Shown piece by piece: positions 39,568 to 49,297 of a stretch of 64,000 bases of DNA; positions within the stretch are counted from its first letter, which is position 1, and each line of letters opens with the position of its first letter. Position numbers and translations under genes: made by a program. This DNA comes from Dehalococcoidia bacterium (GTDB lineage Bacteria > Chloroflexota > Dehalococcoidia > Lucifugimonadales > JAGWBF01). The notes beneath the pieces are model-generated. The model worked only from the letters and a program-made list of their open reading frames with translations, was not told where the DNA came from and made no database searches. The DNA lies in assembly GCA_965226805.1 (NCBI GenBank), contig CBDDDW010000001.1, forward strand, positions 24,233 through 88,232, written 5' to 3'.

Positions 39568-40941
39568 TCAGTCTGCGGGTGTGGGTTTGTGTGAGGCACC
39601 CGGCGTTTGCCGCCCTGGGGCTGCCTGTGAACTTCTGGACGCGGAGGGCGGGGGGCTCGGTTTGCCCATCGGAAGATACATGAACGCCCCCACCATGTTG
39701 ACAATAGCAATGGTCCTGAAGGGTATCGCGTAGCTATTAGTAGCATCGAACATGTACCCGGCAAAAAGAGGTGCGGCAAACATGAGTATGTTGATCGGCA
39801 GTAAGGAAAGGCCCATGATGATGGGGAAGTGCCTCCGGCCGAAATACGCGCCGCGCATGGAAGTCGTGATCGGGAGCCGGCCGCCGAGGCCCATGCCCAT
39901 AAACACCGCGTAGAGGATAGCCATCTGTGTCGTGTCGGCCTCGAGGGCAATGACAATGGCCACAGTCTGTAGCAGCGTGAAACAGAAGAGACCGATCCTC
40001 ACTTGGGACCTATCTCCGACGTACCCCCCTAGAGGGATGATCACCGCGACCACCGCCGTCTGAACGGCCAGTACGAGGCCAACGGTTGTGAGGCTGAATT
40101 CTCGATCGGACAGCATCGGCCCCAGGTGCACGGCCATGGTCACGGAGGTGCTGGCTGAGCAAGCGTGACCAACGGTCATCAGCCAGAAAACTTTGGTTCG
40201 GAGCGCCTCCCTCCACGTATATCCGGTTTCCGCGCTTCCCCGAGATGCCGGTGCCGTCCCACGCGCCTCCGACGGCGTGGTAGGGGCCGTGTCCCCGTCG
40301 GGAAGTTGGCCATAGTCTTCGGGTCGATTGCGGATAGTCCGGGAAATAGGGAAACTAAGAAGCAGACACGTCACCCCAAAACCCGCGGCCACTTTCCGCC
40401 ACTGGTCGAGCCCGAAGCGTTCGGGGTCGATAGCCCAGGCCAGGGCGGGGAGGAGAATTATACCGCCTATTGCTGAGCCCTGCATTGTCCAGCCGATGGC
40501 GGAAGCCCGGTGTCGCTGGAACCAGTTGTTTACGGCCGTCGTGATGGAAAGCCATGTACCCAACTCGACACCAATACCCATAATTACGAAGGCCGAGTAA
40601 AACATCCACAGGTGGTGTACCTGGCTGAATAGTAGGAATCCCGCGCCCAATATGAGGAAGCCGATAAACACCATGCTCCGGGCGCCCAGTCTTGCGACCA
40701 AATAGCCCGCCAGCGGGCCCATGATCCCCCCTTCGATTCTTGTGAAGGCGAAAGCCCATGACAACTGGGCCTTGCTCCAATCGAAGTTCTTTTCCATTAC
40801 GACGAACCAGGTCGTAGCCCCCTGGAACATCGGCACGGCCCCGACGGCAATGACAAAAGCGCCTACGCCCACCAGCCACCAGCCGTAGAACACGCCCTTC
40901 GTGCGCCTGAGGGGATTTAATGAGCGAATAAGCTGTCCCAA
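39568..40941 (-). CDS. MFS transporter (oxalate/formate antiporter-like)
   Basis: 457 aa with about 12 TM segments and a central hydrophilic loop. The N-terminal GVFYGWWLVGVGAFVI is typical of the OFA subfamily. The start codon is uncertain. Confidence 0.75.
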   Translation of the reverse strand: MGQLIRSLNPLRRTKGVFYGWWLVGVGAFVIAVGAVPMFQGATTWFVVMEKNFDWSKAQLSWAFAFTRIEGGIMGPLAGYLVARLGARSMVFIGFLILGAGFLLFSQVHHLWMFYSAFVIMGIGVELGTWLSITTAVNNWFQRHRASAIGWTMQGSAIGGIILLPALAWAIDPERFGLDQWRKVAAGFGVTCLLLSFPISRTIRNRPEDYGQLPDGDTAPTTPSEARGTAPASRGSAETGYTWREALRTKVFWLMTVGHACSASTSVTMAVHLGPMLSDREFSLTTVGLVLAVQTAVVAVIIPLGGYVGDRSQVRIGLFCFTLLQTVAIVIALEADTTQMAILYAVFMGMGLGGRLPITTSMRGAYFGRRHFPIIMGLSLLPINILMFAAPLFAGYMFDATNSYAIPFRTIAIVNMVGAFMYLPMGKPSPPPSASRSSQAAPGRQTPGASHKPTPAD

Positions 40942-41028
40942 TCGAAACCAACCCTTCGCATTCCAGGTTCTCCTTTATTCTCAGCGATGAAAAGCAGCCT
41001 GGTACCTTGTCAACAAGATTTCCTTAGC

Positions 41029-41119
41029 ATGTCATTCTGAGTGAGCGCAGCGACCGAAGAATCTGGGGAGGGGTTACCCCACAACCACTCCAGATTCTTC
41101 GCTTCGCTCAGAATGACAT
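41029..41119. repeat. inverted-repeat element with GTCATTCTGAG...GAAGAATCTGG arms
   Basis: Left arm: ATGTCATTCTGAGTGAGCGCAGCGACCGAAGAATCTGG. Right arm: CCAGATTCTTCGCTTCGCTCAGAATGACAT. The outer 13 nt and inner 11 nt pair perfectly. A related element lies at 43484-43567. Confidence 0.7.
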
Positions 41120-41421
41120 TTATATCAAAGTTAAGTTGACTGAGTACTAGCCCCAGCCGCAACGCGAAGACCAAAAGATTAGCTTGGATAGACTTGGGGA
41201 TGACCTGCGGTATCCAGTCCGTAGGTGCTGGCTACCAGCTATACTATCCCTCTGTACCCGGCTCTGCAACCTTCAACCACCGCACTGTTGGCCCTCGCAG
41301 GGTTGACAAACCCTTTTCCCTTGGGCAAACTTCAGTCTGTTCACATTGGCCACAAGGTATGCTGCTCCCATTGCCACCCCCAAGAGTGCGAGTGAGGTGA
41401 GGTCACCCACATGCCTACGAT

Positions 41422-42222
41422 ATGCTGGAGGCCAGGCCCATGACAGCGACCCAAAGCTGGACGGAAGAGTTCGTTGAGGTCGAGGGAGTAAGGACACAGG
41501 TGTTGAAGGGGGGTAAAGGCGCTCCCCTCTTCCTCCTCCACGGTGCAGGGGGAAACCCCGGCTGGCAACCCTACCACCAGGCCCTGTCCGAGCATATGAT
41601 GGTGTATGCCCCCTCCCATCCGGGCTATAACGGTTCGGAGCGTCCCCCGTGGATAAGGACCATTACCGACGTGGCCCATTTTTACCTGGGCCTGGTGCGG
41701 GCGCTGGGCGTCGAGCGGGCTTCGTTGCTGGGGATATCCATGGGAGGCTGGCTGGCGGCGGAGATTGCCGCCATGTGCCCTCCTTTGGTCAAAGGGATGG
41801 TGCTGGTTGACGCCGTGGGCATTAAGCCACGGGTGGGGGAGATCGCCGAGATGCTGATGGTGCCGCCGCAGCAGAACCTTAGCAAAGCGTTCTACGACGT
41901 CACCAAGACGCCGAATTTCGACACCCTTACCCCTGAGCAGGAGGCAGTCATGTGGGGCAACCGGGAGATGACTTCCCGTCTCTGCTGGAAGCCCTACATG
42001 CACAATCCCAACCTGCCCGAGTACCTGAAACTGGTGCGAATACCCGCCCTAATCATATGGGGACGCCAGGACGGAGTGGTACCCCTGAACTGCGGCGAGA
42101 TTTTTCACGAGGTGTTAGAAGGGTCGAGGCTTCATATTGTCGACGAATGCAGCCACAATCCCCAGATCGAGAAACCCGAGGAGTTTCTTAAAGAGACCCT
42201 TTCTTTCTTGTCCGAGCTTTGA
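41422..42222 (+). CDS. alpha/beta hydrolase (meta-cleavage-product hydrolase-like)
   Basis: [11 protein letters not shown] (HG oxyanion region), nucleophile elbow GISMGGW, and C-terminal [14 protein letters not shown] (catalytic His). Confidence 0.8.
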   Translation: MLEARPMTATQSWTEEFVEVEGVRTQVLKGGKGAPLFLLHGAGGNPGWQPYHQALSEHMMVYAPSHPGYNGSERPPWIRTITDVAHFYLGLVRALGVERASLLGISMGGWLAAEIAAMCPPLVKGMVLVDAVGIKPRVGEIAEMLMVPPQQNLSKAFYDVTKTPNFDTLTPEQEAVMWGNREMTSRLCWKPYMHNPNLPEYLKLVRIPALIIWGRQDGVVPLNCGEIFHEVLEGSRLHIVDECSHNPQIEKPEEFLKETLSFLSEL

Positions 42223-42261
42223 ACGGCTCCCTTTTTGGATCCCTATGCCGAGAGGTCTTTT

Positions 42262-43461
42262 ATGACTGGACAGTTACCCAGACCCGTCGACAAGGTAGAA
42301 GTCTTCTGGTTCTCCGAGCAGCCTTACAGCCACGTTTTGGATGAGGACCTGGAGCAGTACGACTCCGGGCGCCTCGGTTTCCCGAACACCTACTTCGAAC
42401 CCCAGAAGGCCCACGCATTGTACAACGAGTACCACGAGCAGTATGCCTTGGCCGATGAAGTAGGCTTCGACGGTATCATGACCAACGAGCACCACTCCTC
42501 TTACTGGTGTATGAAGCCCTCGGCAAACCTGGACGCGGCCGTCATCAGCAAAATCACCAAGAACGTGAAGATCGCCATACTGGGGAATGTCATCGCCGTC
42601 ACGGACCCTGTCAGGGTTGCCGAAGAGATCGCTATGCTGGACTGCTACTCTGGCGGTAGGATCATCTCGGGGTTCGTGCGCGGGACCGCTGTGGAGAGCC
42701 TACACGGCGGCATCGATCCCACGCAGAACCGCGAGCGGTTCGAGGAGGCCCACGACCTGATAATCAAATGCTGGACCACCCCCGGTCCCTTCAGGTACGA
42801 GGGCAAGCATTACCATTACCGGGTGGTGAATCCGTGGGTGTTGCCTATGCAGAAGCCTCATCCGGATATATGGTTTCCGGGGACCGGCAGCCCAGAGAGC
42901 GTGGTGTGGGCGGCTAGGCATGGCTATCCCTATATGAACTTGGGGGGCCTGATCGACGTGACGGCGTGGCTGAAGCAGGTGTATATCGAAACCGCCCACG
43001 AGGTGGGCTACCATCCAGGGCCGGGGCACTTTGGATATCTGATAAAGGTCCTGGTGGCCGACACCGACCAGGAGGCTCAAGAGCTGGGTCAGAGCTATAT
43101 GTGGACGGCCGCTCACCGGATCAAGGGTCCCAGGGAGCACACTGACCCTCCTGGATACCAGTCCCGGGAAGCGCAGAAAATCGCCGCCAAACGGCCCACT
43201 GCGGCAGTAGCCCCCGGGGGAGGCGCAAGGAAGACTTACGAAGAGCTTCAGGCGCTCAAGAACATCATCGTCGGGAGCCCGGAGACGGTCATCCGGAACC
43301 TCACCGAGGTGATAGACCGGCTCAGCCCAGGCTACCTGCACGTCTACGGCAATGAAGGCGGAACCCCGCACAAGGCTTCGATGCGCTCCATTGAGCTTTT
43401 GGGGAAAGAGGTGATTCCCGCATTGCGAGAGATCAAGCTGAAGCCATACGAGTGGAACTGA
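42262..43461 (+). CDS. LLM-class (luciferase-like) flavin-dependent oxidoreductase
   Basis: Track ORF 42235-43461. FDGIMTNEHHSS and the overall length are typical of the luciferase-like family. The ATG at 42262 follows GAGAGG. Confidence 0.75.
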   Translation: MTGQLPRPVDKVEVFWFSEQPYSHVLDEDLEQYDSGRLGFPNTYFEPQKAHALYNEYHEQYALADEVGFDGIMTNEHHSSYWCMKPSANLDAAVISKITKNVKIAILGNVIAVTDPVRVAEEIAMLDCYSGGRIISGFVRGTAVESLHGGIDPTQNRERFEEAHDLIIKCWTTPGPFRYEGKHYHYRVVNPWVLPMQKPHPDIWFPGTGSPESVVWAARHGYPYMNLGGLIDVTAWLKQVYIETAHEVGYHPGPGHFGYLIKVLVADTDQEAQELGQSYMWTAAHRIKGPREHTDPPGYQSREAQKIAAKRPTAAVAPGGGARKTYEELQALKNIIVGSPETVIRNLTEVIDRLSPGYLHVYGNEGGTPHKASMRSIELLGKEVIPALREIKLKPYEWN

Positions 43462-43483
43462 ACACTCTCATTCCCACGCAAGC

Positions 43484-43567
43484 GTCATTCTGAGCCGTAG
43501 GCGAAGAATCTGGTGTCGCGGGTCAGACGCCCCACTTCCTCCGGACCCTTCCCTACGCTCGGGGTGA
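43484..43567. repeat. diverged inverted-repeat element of the GTCATTCTGAG family
   Basis: Arm 1 is GTCATTCTGAGCCGTAGGCGAAGAATCTGG (43484-43513). The reverse complement of arm 2 is GTCACCCCGAGCGTAGGGAAGGGTCCGG (43541-43567). Confidence 0.55.
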
Positions 43568-43644
43568 CAAGGGTGTCGCCATTTTCATCGTTAGTGGTGC
43601 TGATAGCAATCAGCGTGATAGATTCTGGCGGAAACGGAGCCTGA

Positions 43645-44496
43645 GTGGCTGTCCAGCTGCTTGACCTGATCCCCCAGCAGGAGCCCCGCATGTTGGCTAC
43701 GGGGTTCGAGTTCACCGAAGGTCCGGTGTGGCACCCTGACGGCTATCTCCTGTTTAGCGACATCCCCGCCAGCATTATCTACCGGTGGGAGCCGGAAGGC
43801 ACGCCTGAGCCTTTCATCGCTCCCAGCAGGGAGTCCAACGGCCTCACCTACGATCGCCAGGGACGCCTGGTTGCCTGCGAACACGCCGGAAGACAGGTCT
43901 CCCGTATGGCGCCCGACGCGCGGATGATGGAAACGGTGGTGGACAGGTACCAGGGAAAGCGGCTGAACAGCCCCAACGACGTGGTGGTGCACTCCAGCGG
44001 GAGAATCTACTTCACCGACCCCCCCTACGGCATCGACCCAGACCCGGGCGAGCTGGGGTTCCGCGGCGTCTACCGAATAGACACCGACGGCAGCATCACG
44101 CTACTGGCCTCGGACTTCGTTCGTCCTAACGGCCTCGCGTTCTCGCCGGACGAGACCATCCTCTACATCGACGATTCGCGCAGGCGGCATATTCGCGCTT
44201 TCGACGTCCAGGCCGACGGCTCTATCAGCAACGGCCGTATCTTTGTGGACATGGATGTGGAGGCCAAGGGGAACCCCGACGGTATGAAGGTCGATGTGGA
44301 GGGCAACATCTATTGCTCGGCCGGGGGTGGCCTCTGGATCGTAGACCCAACTGGCCGCCATCTGGGCACCGTGTCTCTGCCGGAGCTTCCCGCCAACCTG
44401 GCTTTCGCCGGCGCGGATAACCGGACCATCTACCTGACCGCCCGCACCTCACTCTACATCCTTCAGGGCACGACCCCCGGCGTGAGGGTGTTTTAG
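43645..44496 (+). CDS. SMP-30/gluconolactonase/LRE-family protein
   Basis: FTEGPVWHPDGYLLFSDIP, RLNSPNDVVVHSSGRIYFTDP, and PNGLAFSPDE. Confidence 0.85.
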   Translation: MAVQLLDLIPQQEPRMLATGFEFTEGPVWHPDGYLLFSDIPASIIYRWEPEGTPEPFIAPSRESNGLTYDRQGRLVACEHAGRQVSRMAPDARMMETVVDRYQGKRLNSPNDVVVHSSGRIYFTDPPYGIDPDPGELGFRGVYRIDTDGSITLLASDFVRPNGLAFSPDETILYIDDSRRRHIRAFDVQADGSISNGRIFVDMDVEAKGNPDGMKVDVEGNIYCSAGGGLWIVDPTGRHLGTVSLPELPANLAFAGADNRTIYLTARTSLYILQGTTPGVRVF

Positions 44497-44546
44497 GTCC
44501 CGTCGCCTCGATCCCCTCCCCGACCACGGCATTTCTAGGGTAAACT

Positions 44547-44574
44547 GTAGGGGCGAGGCATGCCTCGCCCCTAC
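44547..44574. repeat. 28-nt perfect palindrome GTAGGGGCGAGGCATGCCTCGCCCCTAC (copy 1)
   Basis: An exact self-complementary 28-mer lying 50 nt after the SMP-30 stop. An identical copy is at 49226-49253. Confidence 0.9.
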
Positions 44575-44621
44575 GCTGCCCGACGCGGCAGCCCGAGAGA
44601 AGTTCGGCCCGGAGGTTCAAA

Positions 44622-45632
44622 TTGTCCGTTGTTGGCATAATCGCCAATCCCACGGCGAGCAAGGACATTCGCCGGCTGGTGGCCCATGGGCGCGTGGTCC
44701 CGGGTTGGGAGAAGGTGAACCTTATCCGGCGGGTCCTCTTCGGCCTGGATGCGGTCGGTGTGGGCCGGGTAGTGGCAATGCCCGATGAGACCCGCCTCTG
44801 TCAAAGGGCCCGCGACGATGGAAAGCTAACCGTGGTGCTGGACACACTGGATATGCCCGTCTCAGGTTCCGCCGAGGACTCGGTTCGAGGCGCCGCTATG
44901 ATGGAAGAAGCGGGTGTCGAGTGCCTGGTGACCCTCGGGGGCGACGGCACCAACCGGGCCGTCGCAAAGGGATGTGGCTCTATACCTCTAGTAGCGATCT
45001 CTACCGGCACCAACAATGTCTTCCCCAGCATGGTGGAGTCCACGGTGGCGGGGATGGCCGCCGGGGTGGTGGCGCGAGGCCTGGTGGATCTGGACCAGGT
45101 ATGTGTCTGGAGCAAGAGGATAGAGGTCTATTTGGACGGCGAGTTTTGCGACATTGCTCTGGTGGACGTTGCCGCTTCAAAAGAGCGGTTCGTAGCCTCC
45201 AAAGCGATTTGGGACGTGGCGACTCTCCACGAAGTGTTCCTCACTCGGGCGGAGCCCTCTAGCTTGGGCCTCTCCTCGATCGGCGCGCGGCTTCATCCAG
45301 TGGGGATGGCAGACACCGTGGGGCTTTATCTGCGCCTCGGACCTGGTGGCACCTCGGTCTTGTCTCCAGTGGCGCCGGGCATTGTGACGAATGTCCCAAT
45401 CGAGGAGTGGCGGGTCCTTCCCTTGGGGGAGCGGGTCAGGGTCCAGCTAAGTCCTTGTACCATAGCACTTGACGGCGAGCGGGAGCATAGCATCTCCCAG
45501 AGCCAGGTAGTTGAGGTCGCCATCAGCGGCAACGGGCCTCGCGTTGTAATGGTTGAGGCGGCGCTGCGCGAGGCCTCGGAGATGGGTGTGTTTACTCAGA
45601 ACCGATCGCCTTCCGATGTTGTGGCCGGCTAG
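44622..45632 (+). CDS. ATP-NAD kinase family protein (AcoX-like)
   Basis: The LVTLGGDGTNRAV (GGDGT) motif is present. At about 336 aa it is longer than a canonical NadK, as in AcoX. TTG start 6 nt after GGAGG. Confidence 0.7.
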   Translation: MSVVGIIANPTASKDIRRLVAHGRVVPGWEKVNLIRRVLFGLDAVGVGRVVAMPDETRLCQRARDDGKLTVVLDTLDMPVSGSAEDSVRGAAMMEEAGVECLVTLGGDGTNRAVAKGCGSIPLVAISTGTNNVFPSMVESTVAGMAAGVVARGLVDLDQVCVWSKRIEVYLDGEFCDIALVDVAASKERFVASKAIWDVATLHEVFLTRAEPSSLGLSSIGARLHPVGMADTVGLYLRLGPGGTSVLSPVAPGIVTNVPIEEWRVLPLGERVRVQLSPCTIALDGEREHSISQSQVVEVAISGNGPRVVMVEAALREASEMGVFTQNRSPSDVVAG

Positions 45633-45681
45633 GGACGCTGCCGAAAGTTCGGGGCGATAAACGCGGCGGAGGGATTCCGAT

Positions 45682-46784
45682 ATGGCGATAGACCCCATAA
45701 ACCTGTACGATTTCGAGGCTCGAGCCGAGATGGCGCTGCCGCGGCACATATGGGACTTCATTTAAAGTGGCGCCTGCGACGAGATGATCGCCACCAAGAG
45801 GAACAGGGCCGCCCTGGATGCGATATCCCTGCGCCCTCGTTTCCTGGCGGATATAAGTGAGCGGGACTCGTCAACAACGGTCCTGGGGAAAAAGGTTAGC
45901 TTCCCGGTGATGATCGCGCCCGCTGGGAACCAGGGGATCGCTCATCCCGATGCCGAGCTCGCCACGGCAAAGGCGGCGGGAGAAGCAGGGACGGTCATGG
46001 TGCTCAGTACCGCCTCCAGCTTCGGTATGGAGGAGGTGGCGGGCGTTGCCACGGGGCCCCTGTGGTTCCAGCTGTACCACTTCGGCTACGACCTGACCAA
46101 GATGCTCGTCACCCGCGCCGAGAGGGCGGGATACTCCGCGATCGGCCTGACGGTGGACACACCGGTGCCCGCGTACAGGGAGCGGGATGTCCGCAATCGC
46201 TACGTCCGCCCCCGGAGCTTGCAGCTGGGGAACTTCGTTGGAAAGCAGGGTCTCTTGGGTCTGGTCGCGGGGACCGATGAGCTGTATAGCTGGGTCCCGC
46301 CTCAGGACGTCGCCCCTCTGACCTGGGACGAGCTGGAGTGGCTAAGGTCCCTATCGTCTCTGCCCCTCGTGATTAAGGGGGTCAGGACTGCCGAGGACGC
46401 AAGGATGTGCGTCGAGCACGGCGTCGATGGCATCCTGGTGTCGAACCACGGGGGCCGTCAGGTTGATGGCACCCTGTCGAGTGTCGAGACCCTGCCGGAG
46501 ATCGTCGAAGCCGCGGGGGACGCGCCGAGATCTACCTGGATGGGGGAATACGAAGGGGCGCCGACGTGCTTAGGGCGCTCGCTCTGGGAGCTCGGGCGGT
46601 GCTTATTGGCCGCCCCCTCTTTTGGGGCCTGGTGGTGGGTGGGGAGTCCGGAGTGGGGAAGGTCCTAGAGCTCCTACAACAGGAGTTTGACCGAGCGATG
46701 GCCTACTGTGGGGTGACCGGCGTGGACGGTATCAACCGGGGCCACGTGTCACTCCCGGACGAGGCTGGATGGGTGCGCATGTGA
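45682..46784 (+). pseudogene. FMN-dependent alpha-hydroxy-acid dehydrogenase (LldD/glycolate-oxidase-like) with an in-frame TAA and a 1-nt frameshift
   Basis: The translation is MAIDPINLYDFEARAEMALPRHIWDFI*SGACDEMIATKRNR.., with TAA at 45763-45765. After EAAG the frame shifts at the G5 run 46515-46519. With one extra G it reads [37 protein letters not shown]. Confidence 0.75.
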
Positions 46785-46810
46785 GCTAAGTCCCTATGGT
46801 ATGCGCGGCA

Positions 46811-48496
46811 TCACCGGAGCTGGATGCCCGCAGCTTCGCGGTCGAAGCACCCGCTGGTCAGGTCCTCGCGCTCTTGGCGCAGCTCGTCTTTCCGGACCCG
46901 GAGGCTAGGCGTCCTTGGCAGGTCCTCCCTGAACTCCAGGTAGCGAGGTACCTTGAAGTACGCCAGGCGGTCCGCGCACCAATGGATAACGTCCTCGGGT
47001 GTCAACCGCGCTGGCCCGTCGCCGGAGACGGGCGGGGCTCCTGATGCGCCCTGGAGCGGGATAGGCACGACGTAGGCTTTGACCTCGTCCTCCCCGAGCT
47101 CCGACGGAACGCCTATTACCGCACATTCCGCGACTCCAGGGTGCCTCTTTATGACGTTCTCCACTTCCTGGGACGAGATGTTCTCTCCTCGCCTCCGCAC
47201 CACGTCCTTCTTCCGGTCCACGAAATACAGGTAGCCGTCCTCGTCCACCCAGCCCAGGTCGCCGGTGTGCAGCCAGCCATCTCGCAGCACCTCCGCCGTT
47301 CGCTCCGGGTCCCGCCAGTAGCCGGGCATCACGGCAGGGTTCCTCAAGGCGATCTCGCCCACCTTTCCTCGCTCGACCCCGCTGCCGTCGTCGCCCAAGA
47401 GGCGAAGCTCGTTTTGGAACCTGGGGTCCGGGTGCCACCTAGGCAGGCCTGCGGAGCCCGGTCGGTGGTCTTCGTCCAGCCTCTCGATGGTCCCATAGCA
47501 AGTTTCCGTCATGCCGAAGGCGATGATCACTTTGGACCCGAACCTGCTCTCGAACTCCGCCAGCATCTCCGGGGTTGGGGCAGGGGACCCGTAGAGGACG
47601 CGGACCGAGTTATCTCGGTCGTCGGCCAGGGGTGGGTTCTTTAGAAGCACCGGCATCATCATACCTATAAAGTTGATGATCGTGGCCTTGGATTCCCGGA
47701 CCTGCTCCCAAAAACGGGAAGCGCTGAACCGCTCCGTCACAACGAGGCTGGCCTGGGTCGCCAGGGACCCCATTGTGGAGTAGTATTGCGGATTGGCATG
47801 GAAGTAGGGGAGGCAGGTAAAGAAGCGGTCCTCGGGTGTGGCCGCAGTCCAGGCCGCGAATCCCTGCCCGGCTGCAACGTACATCTCGTGACTGATCATG
47901 ACCCCCTTGGGGTTCCCGGTGGTGCCCGAGGTGTACACCAGCATGGAGATGTCCTTGGGACTGACCTCCGGGGCGTCTTTGGCTGCTAGGGGCGAAGCCT
48001 CTTTTAAGAGCTCCCAGAAGTCCAGTTCCCCGCCGTACGGTTCGCTTTCGTCGGTCACTACCAGCGTCTTCCCCAAAGATGGACAACTCCGAGCGGCTTC
48101 GTCTGCTACCTTCCGAAGGCTGTGATGGCACACCAGCGCCACAGCCCGGGCGTCGTTAATGATGTAAGCCGTTTCCTCCTGTTTGTAGGCCGTGTTGATG
48201 GGCACGCAGATGGCGCCCAGCCGGGCCAGTCCCAGCCAAATGAACAGGACTTCGCGGCAGTTGGGTAGAAATATGCAGACCCTGTCCCCGTGTCCTACCC
48301 CCAGATTCCTGAAGAGTGTGGCACTCCGAAGGCTGTACTCCAGTAGATCCTGATAGGTCACCTGGTACTGCTGGAAATACAGGTAGACCTTTTGAGGGTC
48401 GATAGAAACAGCCTGGTCCACTAGCTCGCCGAGCGTCATCTCCCACGCCAGACGATCTGGGTCGTCGGGCACGATGATGTTTCCTGACACTGCCAT
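46811..48496 (-). CDS. AMP-dependent acyl-CoA synthetase/ligase
   Basis: Track ORF 46811-48808. The AMP motif LVYTSGTTGNPKGV and GWLHTGDLG are present. The start was moved to the ATG at 48496 (MAVSGNIIVPDD), because the upstream extension overlaps the neighbouring gene. Confidence 0.85.
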   Translation of the reverse strand: MAVSGNIIVPDDPDRLAWEMTLGELVDQAVSIDPQKVYLYFQQYQVTYQDLLEYSLRSATLFRNLGVGHGDRVCIFLPNCREVLFIWLGLARLGAICVPINTAYKQEETAYIINDARAVALVCHHSLRKVADEAARSCPSLGKTLVVTDESEPYGGELDFWELLKEASPLAAKDAPEVSPKDISMLVYTSGTTGNPKGVMISHEMYVAAGQGFAAWTAATPEDRFFTCLPYFHANPQYYSTMGSLATQASLVVTERFSASRFWEQVRESKATIINFIGMMMPVLLKNPPLADDRDNSVRVLYGSPAPTPEMLAEFESRFGSKVIIAFGMTETCYGTIERLDEDHRPGSAGLPRWHPDPRFQNELRLLGDDGSGVERGKVGEIALRNPAVMPGYWRDPERTAEVLRDGWLHTGDLGWVDEDGYLYFVDRKKDVVRRRGENISSQEVENVIKRHPGVAECAVIGVPSELGEDEVKAYVVPIPLQGASGAPPVSGDGPARLTPEDVIHWCADRLAYFKVPRYLEFREDLPRTPSLRVRKDELRQEREDLTSGCFDREAAGIQLR

Positions 48497-48585
48497 ACTG
48501 TTTGCCTTCGCCCCTTGCGCACTAGACGCACCGGTATTCCAGCGGCGCGGTAGCCCGGTTCCGGTATTTTGAGGAAGTAGGTGGA

Positions 48586-49170
48586 TTATTGACGGGGGGT
48601 AAGCCACGTCTCTGACCAGGCGACGCAGCAGGTGCTGTTCTTGTATCCAATCATTTCGCCCACGGACGGGTTCCCCTGAGCTGCGTGGCCGTTGAGGGTC
48701 AGTTGGGCCTGCCTGGCCGGAAGAAACGTGCAGTACGCACCATGTGGGCGCCCCGGGATATCGCCGGGCTTCACGTGAATTAGGAAAGGATCGATGAAAT
48801 CGTGCCAAGTGAGAGTGATTTCCGTGTCACGGGAGGCGACTCGCTCTGTATAGTACGACCTGCCATCACCGTGCTTGGAAAAGGTCGCCTCGGCCACCGG
48901 CAGTCCCAAGTCGGCGAACCCAGGGCGGATTACTCCTTCGATTTCCTCCTGAATCCAGCGGGCCAGCGCTACGTTGTCGGAGTAAACTCTGACCTCGTTG
49001 CCTGTAAGCTCGCTCTCCAGGAAAAAGACGTGTCCCGGTCCGGACGGAGAGTAGAGAATGCGCCAGTGGCTGGATATAGTGGAAAAAGGGTCGCCTTCTT
49101 TCGGCTTCAGGCGTATATAGGAGTTCTCCCCGATAAGCCGTACTTCACCTGGATCGACAGGATTTGCCAC
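48586..49170 (-). CDS. uncharacterised ~190-aa protein, family copy 1
   Basis: 194 aa. By my hand alignment it is roughly half identical to the adjacent 49298-49870 product. Shared strings are GENSYIRL, SHWRIL.SP.GPGHV.FL, LTW.D, and AWSE(T/S)W. No known family was recognised. Confidence 0.65.
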   Translation of the reverse strand: MANPVDPGEVRLIGENSYIRLKPKEGDPFSTISSHWRILYSPSGPGHVFFLESELTGNEVRVYSDNVALARWIQEEIEGVIRPGFADLGLPVAEATFSKHGDGRSYYTERVASRDTEITLTWHDFIDPFLIHVKPGDIPGRPHGAYCTFLPARQAQLTLNGHAAQGNPSVGEMIGYKNSTCCVAWSETWLTPRQ

Positions 49171-49225
49171 GATACGGCCTCCTTCAAGCTAAGCTGGTGG
49201 TTGCGGGTCCAATACCCCGTTCCCG

Positions 49226-49253
49226 GTAGGGGCGAGGCATGCCTCGCCCCTAC
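49226..49253. repeat. 28-nt perfect palindrome GTAGGGGCGAGGCATGCCTCGCCCCTAC (copy 2)
   Basis: Identical to 44547-44574. It lies 45 nt after the stop of 49298-49870, between the two family copies. Confidence 0.9.
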
Positions 49254-49297
49254 TACTGAGACTCCTAGGGAGGGGGGGCCGTACCAGTTGCAAAAAT

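Noticed and set aside
41295-41325. TTGACA-17-CAAACT promoter-like string upstream of the alpha/beta hydrolase gene.
   Set aside because: The -10 is poor, and it is a single unsupported match.
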